From positions 1-30,390 of IMG/VR virus record IMGVR_UViG_3300049782_000039: 30,390 nt of DNA; one strand, written 5' to 3'. The notes beneath the pieces are model-generated. The model was given only the letters and a program-made list of their open reading frames with translations, made no database searches and was not told the DNA's origin. Positions 17,253 through 25,003 of the stretch are shown here, in pieces; within the stretch, counting starts at the first letter, position 1; the number at the start of each line of letters is the position of its first letter. This DNA comes from a virus (lineage: Duplodnaviria; Caudoviricetes). The position numbers were made by a program, and so were the translations under genes.

Positions 17253-17290
17253 GGGGTCGTCTCGCTGCTTGGCCGTTGCGGGACGGCCCC
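17253..17290 (-). promoter_or_regulatory. Stem-loop with CGGCCAAGCA loop (conditional terminator or antitermination site candidate)
   Basis: GGGGTCGTCTCGC / GCGGGACGGCCCC, 13-bp stem, in the first intergenic gap of the early operon. Confidence 0.5.
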
Positions 17291-17303
17291 GTTTGCTGTC
17301 TGG

Positions 17304-17525
17304 CTACGCCGCGACCTGCTGCTCGCCGCCCTCGGCGGCGCGGCGTCGGATGATCTCGGCCTCGATCGCCTCGACCGAGCCGAGCGGGTGACCGGGGTAG
17401 AACGCGGCCTCGGCCGCCTCGCGGGGGGTGCGTGCCGCACGCTCGGCGACCGCGTCGACGAGGGCGGCGGCGGCGGCGCGTATCGCCTGCGCTCGCTGCA
17501 GTGACGGCGTCTCGGCTGCGCTCAT
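17304..17525 (-). CDS. Hypothetical protein (73 aa)
   Basis: ATGA overlap with cro. Confidence 0.7.
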   Translation of the reverse strand: MSAAETPSLQRAQAIRAAAAALVDAVAERAARTPREAAEAAFYPGHPLGSVEAIEAEIIRRRAAEGGEQQVAA

Positions 17526-17815
17526 GCGGCCGCAGCCTTCACGTCACGGGCGGGGCGTCGCGTCTGGCGTCGGGTGCGCCGGGCGGGCGACTGCGCCGGG
17601 GTGGCCGTGCCGAACGCGAACACGTCCTCGAACGCGACGCCGTACGTCTGGCAGATCTTTGCGATCGCCGCCGGGCCGGCCGGTCCGCCGTTGCGCAGGC
17701 GGTGCAGCGTGGCGACACCCAGGCCGGTCGCGGCCGAGAGCTGCTCGTACGTGGTGTGGCCACGAGCCCTGGCCACGTCGAGGAAGTCCCCGACCTTGAG
17801 CACGATGGTGTCCAT
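17522..17815 (-). CDS. Cro-like HTH protein
   Basis: TYEQLSAATGLGVATLHRLRNG...IAKICQTYGVAFEDVF; divergent from the repressor; GGAAGGAAG RBS. Confidence 0.85.
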   Translation of the reverse strand: MDTIVLKVGDFLDVARARGHTTYEQLSAATGLGVATLHRLRNGGPAGPAAIAKICQTYGVAFEDVFAFGTATPAQSPARRTRRQTRRPARDVKAAAA

Positions 17816-17823
17816 CGGCTTCC

Positions 17824-18048
17824 TTCCAGTGGTGGAAGTTCCGTTGATGGAAGGAAGCTAGCACGTTCCTTCCGCCGCCGGAAGTTCCAGTGAAGGAAGT
17901 TAGGTAGATCCTGATTCCGATTGCGGAAACCGCACGGATGTTCGAGGATGGGCACGACGTGCAACGACGGCGAAAGGTTGTACGGCAATGGGCTTGACCT
18001 GCACTTCCGCTGCTGGAAAGTTGGTCCGCTCGCCTTCCAGTGGCGGTA
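17824..18048. promoter_or_regulatory. Immunity operator array, TTCC-N6-GGAA
   Basis: Perfect sites start at 17824, 17839, 17870, 17885, 17915 and 18005; one imperfect site (TTCC-N6-GGTA) at 18035. Confidence 0.8.
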
Positions 18049-18058
18049 GCCTGCGCGC

Positions 18059-18532
18059 ATGCGGAGACGAGATAATGATCAAGAGAGCGCCGGCGGGCTG
18101 CCCAAGTGGCTGCCATGGCTTACCGGAACACTGACCGACCTCGGGTACGACCTGTCATCCGAGCGCAGCGGCGGCCGGGCGAAACTCGCCCGTGATACCG
18201 GACTGAGTCAGGGCATCATCACGCGCCTACTGGCCGGTCAACCCGTTTCATACGAGACGCTGCTAACCCTGTCGCGGGGTACAGGCATCCCAATTCGGGA
18301 CCTATTGATTCGAACCGGCAAAGCCACGGAAGATGACTTCTCACTTCCAGGGATGAAAACCGGTCACCCTGAGGTATTGTCCGGAAAGCAACTGTCACCA
18401 GAAGAGGTGGCCGTTGCTGCCGGGGTGCCCGAAGAGGATCGGCCCTGGTTTGTGACCATGCTTAGGCGTATGCGGAAAAGCGGCACAGACAATGGTGGCA
18501 GCTCGGCGGGGGGTGCTGCCGCGGAGGGGTAA
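18059..18532 (+). CDS. Immunity repressor (XRE HTH)
   Basis: RAKLARDTGLSQGIITRLLAG.PVSYETLLTLSRGTGIPIRDLL; divergent from cro and upstream of the integrase. Confidence 0.85.
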   Translation: MRRRDNDQESAGGLPKWLPWLTGTLTDLGYDLSSERSGGRAKLARDTGLSQGIITRLLAGQPVSYETLLTLSRGTGIPIRDLLIRTGKATEDDFSLPGMKTGHPEVLSGKQLSPEEVAVAAGVPEEDRPWFVTMLRRMRKSGTDNGGSSAGGAAAEG

Positions 18533-18536
18533 AGCA

Positions 18537-18899
18537 ATGCGGGAGCGCAGAGTAATTGTTCTGGCCAAAGCTTGCGCGGTTGTGGGGATCGCGCTCGCTC
18601 TGCACGGGATCATCGCGGAACGGTCCAGCACGTTCAGGATCGGCGTGCTGACGCTGATCACAGCTACTTCCGTCCACCTGCGCGCAGCCTCCCGCCTCGA
18701 CGTTCGAGCAGTCATGGAACATCAGTCGGCCATGGCTTGCCTGACAGCACAGGAACGGCAGCGGTACGCCGCAATGGGCTACAAAGCGGCCCGCCTCGAC
18801 GCACTCACGGAGGACGCCCCCGAAACCGGCGATGCGGAAGTCGTCATGCTTCCGCACGCCCGCCTCTCCCCCCAGGTGCGCCGCGACGGGAGCGCATAA
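18537..18899 (+). CDS. Small membrane protein in the repressor-integrase operon
   Basis: GGAGGGG RBS; two N-terminal hydrophobic stretches. Confidence 0.7.
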   Translation: MRERRVIVLAKACAVVGIALALHGIIAERSSTFRIGVLTLITATSVHLRAASRLDVRAVMEHQSAMACLTAQERQRYAAMGYKAARLDALTEDAPETGDAEVVMLPHARLSPQVRRDGSA

Positions 18900-18912
18900 A
18901 GAAGGGGGTTTG

Positions 18913-20526
18913 ATGTCGGCATCTCGGGGCATCCGGATTAGTTATCCCGCGACGCATTCAATCGCCAAAAGCGGCGACCTGATTCCCGTCATTGGATACG
19001 CGCGCGTATCCACATGGCGGGAAGAAATGATCAGCGTCGACATTCAGAAAAGCGTTGTCGAGGATGCCGCCGCCCGCCGCGGCCGCTACGTCGCCGAGTG
19101 GATCGTCGACGAGGACGCCACCGGAAGGAACTTCAAACGCCGTGTGATGCGCGCAATCGAGATCGTCGAGGATTCGGCGAGGCCCGAGCGTGAGCTGTGG
19201 TCGTGGAAGTTCTCGCGGTTCGGCCGCAACCGTCACGGTGTCGCGATCAACTTGGCGAGGATCGAGGACGTCGGCGGGCAACTGATCAGCGCGACTGAGG
19301 ACGTCGACGCTAAGACGGCCGTCGGTGGGTTCACGCGCGACATGCTGTTCGCGGTCGCCACCTTCGAATCGAACCGCGCCGGCGAGCAGTGGAAAGAGAC
19401 GCACGAGTTGCGGCGCCGCCTCGGCCTCCCGGCGGCCGGCGGTCGCCGGTTCGGTTACGTCTGGCACCCCCGGCGCCTCCCCGACGGACAGGGCGGGTGG
19501 CGGATTCAAGACGAGTGGTACGAGGCGCTGCCTGAACAGGCGGAACTCGTGCACGACGCGTACCGCGACTACGTGAAGGGCACCATCGGTTTCCGCCCGA
19601 TCGCGGCCCGATGGAACGAGCTAGGGGTGCGCAACAGTCGCGGCTCGGTGTGGCAAGACCAGACGGTAAAGGCGTATCTCGACTCGGGATTCGCCGCCGG
19701 TCTGCTGCACGTCCATGATCCCGAGGCGGTGTGCGGGGATCCCTCGCGCTGCCGGAAGAGCAGCCACTACAAGCACGCGTACGCCGAACACGACTCGCTG
19801 ATCGACGGCGATGTGTGGGACCGGTACCGAGACATGCGCGAGACGCGTCGCGGCACGCCGCGGCGCTCTCTCTCGCCGGTCTATCCGCTGTCCGGGCTCG
19901 TGTGGTGCCGGTTCTGCGGGAGTAAGGCGCACGTGGTGAGCGGCCACGGCGAGCCCGGCCGCGCGTACCGATGCCTCGCCCGGTCCCGGCGCGCAGTCGA
20001 GCACGACGCCGTGTGGTTCTCCCGCCGCCGGCTCGAAGACCAGGTGCGCGCGTGGCTCGACGACGTACGCGACGAGATCGACGCGATCGTCGCCGGTCGA
20101 GTTGTTGAACCGCCGCGGCGGCGGGATCCCGAGCCCGAGGTGATCCGGCAACGGCTCATGAAAGAGATCGAGCGGGCTGCCGGGGCGATTGAGCGGGCAT
20201 TCGACGCCTACACCCTCGGCGACGTCGACCGCGAGACATACCTACGGACGCGTGCGAAGCATCAGAAGACGCGAGACGAGGCGCAGCAGCAGCTCGACGA
20301 GCTGGGCAAGCCGGACGACCGGCCGACGGATCCCGTGCCGTTCCGGGAGACCGTCCTCGGTCTGATCGACGAGTGGGACACGATCAGCGTCGCGTCGAAG
20401 CGTGTGCTGCTGTCGCGGCTGATCGTAAGGGTGCAGATCGGAGCCGGCGGCGAGTACGAGATCATTCCCGTATGGTCCGCGAACATCGACTCCCTGCCTC
20501 AGTGGTCCGCGCGCAGCGCTGGCTAG
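18913..20526 (+). CDS. int: Large serine integrase
   Basis: GYARVST catalytic Ser, FSRFGRN, recombinase domain FGY, LSGLVWCRFCG..YRC Zn ribbon, coiled coil; GAAGGGGG RBS before ATG 18913. Confidence 0.95.
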   Translation: MSASRGIRISYPATHSIAKSGDLIPVIGYARVSTWREEMISVDIQKSVVEDAAARRGRYVAEWIVDEDATGRNFKRRVMRAIEIVEDSARPERELWSWKFSRFGRNRHGVAINLARIEDVGGQLISATEDVDAKTAVGGFTRDMLFAVATFESNRAGEQWKETHELRRRLGLPAAGGRRFGYVWHPRRLPDGQGGWRIQDEWYEALPEQAELVHDAYRDYVKGTIGFRPIAARWNELGVRNSRGSVWQDQTVKAYLDSGFAAGLLHVHDPEAVCGDPSRCRKSSHYKHAYAEHDSLIDGDVWDRYRDMRETRRGTPRRSLSPVYPLSGLVWCRFCGSKAHVVSGHGEPGRAYRCLARSRRAVEHDAVWFSRRRLEDQVRAWLDDVRDEIDAIVAGRVVEPPRRRDPEPEVIRQRLMKEIERAAGAIERAFDAYTLGDVDRETYLRTRAKHQKTRDEAQQQLDELGKPDDRPTDPVPFRETVLGLIDEWDTISVASKRVLLSRLIVRVQIGAGGEYEIIPVWSANIDSLPQWSARSAG

Positions 20527-20531
20527 CTTTT

Positions 20532-20581
20532 TGGTGTGCTATTGGATGGAAGCTGCATGACTACCACTCAATAACACACCA
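20532..20581. other. Probable attP site
   Basis: 50-bp imperfect inverted repeat directly after int: GGTGTGCTATTGGATGGAAG-ctgCAtga-CTACCACTCAATAACACACC (16/20 arm matches), AT-rich relative to its surroundings. Confidence 0.7.
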
Positions 20582-20601
20582 CGCGTGACCTGCGTAAACG
20601 C

Positions 20602-20646
20602 CAGCGCCCCGACCCTGTCTTGCGGAGACGAGGGGTCGGGGCGCTG
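20602..20646 (+). terminator. Terminator hairpin downstream of int/attP
   Basis: CAGCGCCCCGACCC / GGGTCGGGGCGCTG, 14-bp stem with an inner GTCT/AGAC stem. Confidence 0.7.
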
Positions 20647-20807
20647 ATTGTCGCTACTCCAGTGTGGGGCACGGAGCGGCGACGGCGAACCGCTCCTCCC
20701 TGGTGGAGCGGAGCCATCATCCCCCAGGCGCAGCCTGTGCATGTGCCATAGGAATACTTCTCTACTGCACTGTTACAACTTGCCTATCAGGCAAAACAGT
20801 GAGTAAT

Positions 20808-20857
20808 GAGGGTGCCCGGCGGGACACACGGGGGGATGTCGACCGCCGGGCACCCTC
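20808..20857 (-). terminator. Terminator hairpin ending the accessory module
   Basis: GAGGGTGCCCGGCGG / CCGCCGGGCACCCTC, 15-bp stem immediately after the stop at 20860. Confidence 0.7.
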
Positions 20858-20859
20858 GC

Positions 20860-21591
20860 CTAGGGGAGCGCCGCGAGTTCCTCGTCGACGCTCACGACTG
20901 CGCAGTCGTTCAACCCGCGCACGAGCTGCGACGCGACCACCCACGGCAGCAGCGGCGACGTCAACGACACGATGTCTGCCTCGACGGCGAGCGGCCCGAG
21001 CCGGCCGAGGCTGTACCGGCGGCCGTAGACCGCGCACACATCCGACCGGCCGACCCGCACGGCGACGCTACCCGCCCACAGGTGCGGGCACTGCTCGCGC
21101 GCCATGCGCAGGCACGGCCGGCAGATCGGCGGATGCGTCGTCAGCATGTCCTCGGGCCAGCCATCGTGACTGCCGCGCGCGTCCTCGAGCAGCCACAGCG
21201 TGCCGCGGTCGTCCTGGTCGGCGGGCTCGCCGCACACCTGACACAGCAGCCGCCGCATCGCGAGGCGCTGCCGGCCGGGGTGCACGACGCCGTACAGCGG
21301 GCGGCCGATGCCGGGCGAGGATCCTCGGCGCAGCCACAGCGCGCCGCGGTTGTCGCGGTCCGAGGGCAGCTCGCCGGCGTAGCCGACGCCGCTGAGCAGC
21401 GAGCGCAGGACGACGTCCGGGTCGCCGGTCGCCTCGCTCGACCAGGACGCGATGAACGGCACGACCGAGGGTGCACGGCGGCACCCCCTGTGCGTGTACG
21501 CCACGGGCGACAGACCGGCCGTCCGGCTGCGTACGACCCTGTACGGCTCGCCGTCCTCGATCGGCTCGTCGCAGATGGTGCAGACTCTCAC
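20860..21591 (-). CDS. Cys/His-rich hypothetical protein of a Streptomyces accessory family
   Basis: GTG at a GTGA overlap; CTICDEPI..H..C, VPFIASWSSE, VHPGRQRLAMRRLLCQVCG, HPPICRPC..CPHL. Confidence 0.75.
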   Translation of the reverse strand: MRVCTICDEPIEDGEPYRVVRSRTAGLSPVAYTHRGCRRAPSVVPFIASWSSEATGDPDVVLRSLLSGVGYAGELPSDRDNRGALWLRRGSSPGIGRPLYGVVHPGRQRLAMRRLLCQVCGEPADQDDRGTLWLLEDARGSHDGWPEDMLTTHPPICRPCLRMAREQCPHLWAGSVAVRVGRSDVCAVYGRRYSLGRLGPLAVEADIVSLTSPLLPWVVASQLVRGLNDCAVVSVDEELAALP

Positions 21592-21932
21592 GGCGTGATG
21601 CCCCCCGCCTCGCGCAGCTCTTGCACCCGGTGGGCGAGCTCGGCAACGTGCACCGCGCCGGCGAGCGGGGTCGTCGACAGCGGGAAACGCATAGCGTCCT
21701 CGGCCCGGTCGACAGCGTTGACGAGCGCATACCACTGTCGCGAGCGGTGATCGGCCTTGTCGGCGAGGCGCTGCGCGTGAGCGGTGAGCCGGCCGATCTC
21801 GTCGCGCAGCCCTTTGTCGATCTCGACGAGGCGCTCGTACGGCGGCATCTCGTGGCCGGCCTCGAACGCCTCGACGATCAGTGTCGCGACGTCCTCGCGT
21901 GTCTCGGGTGTGGCTTCCGGATGCATGGTCAC
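21588..21932 (-). CDS. Helical protein, DUF6415-like
   Basis: PP.ERL..I...LR.EI..L ... A..HV.ELA..V..L pattern; coupled overlaps. Confidence 0.6.
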   Translation of the reverse strand: MTMHPEATPETREDVATLIVEAFEAGHEMPPYERLVEIDKGLRDEIGRLTAHAQRLADKADHRSRQWYALVNAVDRAEDAMRFPLSTTPLAGAVHVAELAHRVQELREAGGITP

Positions 21933-22153
21933 CTGACAGCCTCCGGGCGCACGCCCGTCGGCGCGGGCACGGGCACGAGCGCGGCACGCAGGTGCGCGAA
22001 CAGTGCCTCGGCCTCGCTGCGGGACATGACGAGGTCGAGGTCGCCCTGATGAACGTCGAGGCTGTACAGGGCGAGCGGAACGCGAATCTCGCCCGTGCTG
22101 CTGTCGCGCATGGGTGGCTCGTCGCGCCGCAGCGAGGCGTGTAAGCGTGGCAT
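21929..22153 (-). CDS. Hypothetical protein (74 aa)
   Basis: GGGGG RBS; GTGA overlap downstream; DLDLVMSRSEAEAL. Confidence 0.7.
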   Translation of the reverse strand: MPRLHASLRRDEPPMRDSSTGEIRVPLALYSLDVHQGDLDLVMSRSEAEALFAHLRAALVPVPAPTGVRPEAVR

Positions 22154-22161
22154 CGGGACCC

Positions 22162-22249
22162 CCGGTCGGTAGTCGCGGAGTGACGAACCGTAGACCGACT
22201 ACCGACCGGTAACGGGGACAGACTGTCCCCCTGTCCCAACCTGTCCCCC
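22162..22249 (-). promoter_or_regulatory. Operator/promoter region downstream of the XRE regulator
   Basis: Perfect palindrome GGGGACAG-A-CTGTCCCC (22214-22230); CTGTCCC three times (22223, 22231, 22241); 14-bp inverted repeat 22162-22175/22196-22209 whose loop holds a minus-strand -10-like TACGGT. Confidence 0.65.
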
Positions 22250-22253
22250 TAGA

Positions 22254-23492
22254 TCAGACCGCCGTCGGAACGCCGATCGACTCGGCGAGCCGGCTCGCCG
22301 CCGGCCGCATGGCGCGCGGAGCGTGACGCCACAGATCGGCCGCGACCGACCGGGCCGACGGCGTGTACGCGACGGTCTCAGCGCCGATCTCGTAGGCCAT
22401 CTGCATGACGTGCAGGGCGGCCGTCCGGTCACCGCGCTGCAGGTGCCCACGGGCGACCTCGACCCACAGCCGGGCCCGGCGCTCACGCGACGGCATCACG
22501 TCGGGGTCGATGTCGTCGGCGAGCCCGATCGCGCGCTGCGCCGTGCGCAGGTCGGTCGCGACGGACACCGCGTGAAAGTCGACATTCGCGCGGCCGAACA
22601 CGGTCGACGGGTGCACGTAGTTGGCGGGCAGGCTCTTCGCGACCTGGTCGCCCTTGTCCCAGTAGCGCCACGCGTCGCCCTCGCGTCCCTCACGCGCCAC
22701 GGTCACCGCGGCGTGCAGCTGCAGCGCGCCGTACACGCCGCGCCAGTCGTCGGGGGTGTCGTCGAGGTGCGGGCGGATGAGCTCGGCCGCCTCGATGACG
22801 ACGCGCAGCGCCTCGTCGGGGTAGCTCGTCTCTCGCAGGATGTTGCCCATATTCCACGCGGCCGCGGCGATCGAGTCGGGCCGGTCTGCCTCCTGCGCCG
22901 CGGTGAGCGCCCGGTCGGCGACGACCCACGCGAGCTCGGCCGGGGCGACGTACGCCGTCGCCTGCCCGGTGAGGCGGTAGACGTCCGACAGTGCGACGAG
23001 GGCGGCGCGGCGCTGCTCGCCGTCGAGGGCGCGCACGGCTGCCTCGCCGTCGCGGATGAGCTCGGGCAGTAGCGCGGTGACCTCGCTGCGGTTGTGCGCC
23101 GAGGTGTGCCACAGCCGCCACGACTGATCGGCCCGCCCCTGCAGGGTCGCCGGGTTGACCGGCGAGCCGGACGGGGCTGCGAGGGACAGCGGACGGTTCA
23201 TCACGGCTGCCCACACGTCCGGCAGTCCGGGATGTGTGAGCCGGCCGATCGGTACGGGCTGCGCCGGCCCCTCGGTGGTCCCGGTGATCGCGGACAGGTC
23301 GGACACCTGCAGGGCGGCGCCGAGGCGTACGAGCAGTGTGTGTGACCGCAGCTCGCGCTCGCCCGATTCGATTTTCTTAAGCCAGTCGATGCCGCGGCCG
23401 CACATCTGCGCGAGCGCCGCGCGGCTGAGTCCGCGGGACTCCCGCAGCATCCGAATCCGTTCACCTGTGGACAGTTCGCCGGACGGGTCCAT
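22254..23492 (-). CDS. XRE-family HTH regulator with long C-terminal alpha-helical (TPR-like) domain
   Basis: [37 protein letters not shown] followed by about 300 aa of Ala-rich helical repeats; AAGGGAG RBS. Confidence 0.85.
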   Translation of the reverse strand: MDPSGELSTGERIRMLRESRGLSRAALAQMCGRGIDWLKKIESGERELRSHTLLVRLGAALQVSDLSAITGTTEGPAQPVPIGRLTHPGLPDVWAAVMNRPLSLAAPSGSPVNPATLQGRADQSWRLWHTSAHNRSEVTALLPELIRDGEAAVRALDGEQRRAALVALSDVYRLTGQATAYVAPAELAWVVADRALTAAQEADRPDSIAAAAWNMGNILRETSYPDEALRVVIEAAELIRPHLDDTPDDWRGVYGALQLHAAVTVAREGREGDAWRYWDKGDQVAKSLPANYVHPSTVFGRANVDFHAVSVATDLRTAQRAIGLADDIDPDVMPSRERRARLWVEVARGHLQRGDRTAALHVMQMAYEIGAETVAYTPSARSVAADLWRHAPRAMRPAASRLAESIGVPTAV

Positions 23493-23549
23493 TGCGCTCC
23501 CTTGTGAGGCGGTGCGGTATGGCCAGAGTACGGCTGCAGGAACGACGAA

Positions 23550-23587
23550 TGCGCCCCTGCCCGGCCGTGAGGCCAGACAGGGGCGCA
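23550..23587 (-). terminator. Late/lysis operon terminator
   Basis: TGCGCCCCTG...CAGGGGCGCA; inner mismatches become G-U pairs only in minus-strand RNA. Confidence 0.75.
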
Positions 23588-23594
23588 GTGTTGT

Positions 23595-24281
23595 TCATGC
23601 GATGCGGCGGCGCTCGGCGGGCAGCCCGAGCAGCGTCGACGACTTCGGAGTCTGTGGCGGTTCGTTCGGCTGCCCGGCGCCGTCGCGCATGCAGACGAGT
23701 ACGTCGGGATCCCATGCGGGCGCCTGCAGGCTGTACCCGTCGGGGCATGTCTGCCCGTCGCGGCCGTCGACGCCGTCGCGGCCGTCCGTTCCGTCCTCGC
23801 CTGCGGGACCGGGGGGACCTGCCGGGCCCGTCGGACCGGCCGGACCGGGCGGGCCGGTCACAGTGGTTCCGGGCTCGCCCGGCGGGCCGGTCGGTCCTGT
23901 CGCACCCGGCGACGGCGTGATCGTCGGTCCGGGGCTGCCCGGCTCGCCCTGCGGTCCGCGAGGCCCCGCAGGGCCGGGTATCGGTACCGGCACCTCGGCG
24001 CGAGCGGGCAGATCGTCGACCGCCCGCGACGGGTCGGGGACGGCCGGCGTCTCGCCCGCCGCCCGCACCTGCGCCCGCAGTATCCGCACGTCGCCGGCGA
24101 GTGTGGTCACAGCGTCGCCCCGCAGGTTCGCCTCGGCGGCGAGCGCGTCGGCGCGGCGCGCCTCGGCGTCGATACGCAGCCACACGAGGACGACCGCGCC
24201 CGCGAGTACGAGCAGCACCGCCGCGACGGCGAGCGATCGCCACCGCTGCGCGAGGATCGGCTGAGCATGACGGCCGTTCAC
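23595..24281 (-). CDS. Membrane-anchored collagen-like protein
   Basis: N-terminal TM, coiled segment, Gly-X-Y runs ([13 protein letters not shown]...), small CPDGY..LVC domain. Confidence 0.85.
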   Translation of the reverse strand: MNGRHAQPILAQRWRSLAVAAVLLVLAGAVVLVWLRIDAEARRADALAAEANLRGDAVTTLAGDVRILRAQVRAAGETPAVPDPSRAVDDLPARAEVPVPIPGPAGPRGPQGEPGSPGPTITPSPGATGPTGPPGEPGTTVTGPPGPAGPTGPAGPPGPAGEDGTDGRDGVDGRDGQTCPDGYSLQAPAWDPDVLVCMRDGAGQPNEPPQTPKSSTLLGLPAERRRIA

Positions 24282-24610
24282 GTGGGTTGTCCTCCGAGCT
24301 CGACGATCCGTTCGCGTAGCTGCGTGTTCTCTGTCGTGAGTGCCGCGATCTGTCCCTGCAGCGCCGCCTTGTCGGCCCGCTCACTGGCGAGTTCGGCGTA
24401 CGCCGCGGCGAGTTTCACCTCGTTCTCGGCGAGCTGCCTGCCGAGCTTGTCTCGCTCTTCCTGCAGGTTGTCGACGAGCGTCGAGTACCCGCCGAGCACG
24501 GCGCCCGACTGCTGCGCCGCATTCGCCCCCCGGTGCCCGATCAGCGCGGCGCCGGCCGCTGCAAGCCCAACGACAATGGTTCCGACGGCGCCGAGCGTCG
24601 CAGCGTCCAC
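24278..24610 (-). CDS. Membrane-anchored coiled-coil protein (lysis cassette)
   Basis: N-terminal TM, heptad-rich C-terminus; GGAGGAAG RBS. Confidence 0.8.
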   Translation of the reverse strand: MDAATLGAVGTIVVGLAAAGAALIGHRGANAAQQSGAVLGGYSTLVDNLQEERDKLGRQLAENEVKLAAAYAELASERADKAALQGQIAALTTENTQLRERIVELGGQPT

Positions 24611-24661
24611 GCGCTTCCTCCGGTGGTGCAGTGAGGTGTAACCGCGGCCGTAAGGCCGGCG

Positions 24662-24976
24662 TCACCCGCTGGTCGAGTCGCCGAGGTACCGCGCGCCGTC
24701 GACCGGTTCGAGTGCCTCGCCCCGCGGGTACGCCGGCGGCCGCGCGTAGCCGAGGAACACGCCCGCGAGGTTCTGCAGGAAGCTTCCGCGCAGCCGTTCG
24801 CCGAGCAGTTCGACCAGCCTGAACACGAGGTAGTACGCGAACGCGAGGGCGACCGTCACGGCGCCCGTGACGGCCGCCGAGTCGAACTCGACCCCGGCGC
24901 GGGCGGCGAGGGTGAGCAGCCATCCGGCGACGAGCGGCACGCCCGTGCGCATGGCGGAGATGAACAGACCGGACAT
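24662..24976 (-). CDS. Putative holin
   Basis: MSGLFISAMRTGVPLVAGWLL...AYYLVFRLVE...LGYARPPAY; 2-3 TM segments; follows the endolysin; AAAGGGGG RBS. Confidence 0.75.
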   Translation of the reverse strand: MSGLFISAMRTGVPLVAGWLLTLAARAGVEFDSAAVTGAVTVALAFAYYLVFRLVELLGERLRGSFLQNLAGVFLGYARPPAYPRGEALEPVDGARYLGDSTSG

Positions 24977-25003
24977 TGCCGGCCCCCTTTCAGTGGTGGG
25001 TGA

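Noticed and set aside
1183-17893. Numerous long Arg/Pro/Ala-rich or antisense ORFs in the track (e.g. 1183-2733, 1419-2852, 8318-9613, 14270-15355)
   Set aside because: Shadow frames expected in high-GC DNA; no motifs or RBS, and they overlap well-biased genes. Only 8226-9182 shows its own codon bias and repeat structure.
20476-20526. Integrase tail SANIDSLPQWSARSAG as an ssrA-like tag or integration-dependent immunity
   Set aside because: It does not end in AA, and attP lies outside both int and the repressor gene.
20539-20742. 67-aa minus-strand ORF, and 20373-20588 plus-strand ORF
   Set aside because: They run across attP and terminator hairpins, with poor codon bias and no clear RBS.
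21929-22153. Arbitrium AimP-like pro-peptide downstream of the HTH-TPR regulator
   Set aside because: No signal peptide or hydrophobic core; it looks like a small cytoplasmic protein.
22214-22249. CTGTCCC repeats as replication iterons
   Set aside because: About 15 kb from the initiator, no adjacent AT-rich unwinding tract, and positioned like an operator for the neighbouring regulator; not formally excluded.
23750-23980. Repetitive GC-rich DNA as a tandem repeat or array
   Set aside because: Explained by Gly-X-Y collagen coding.
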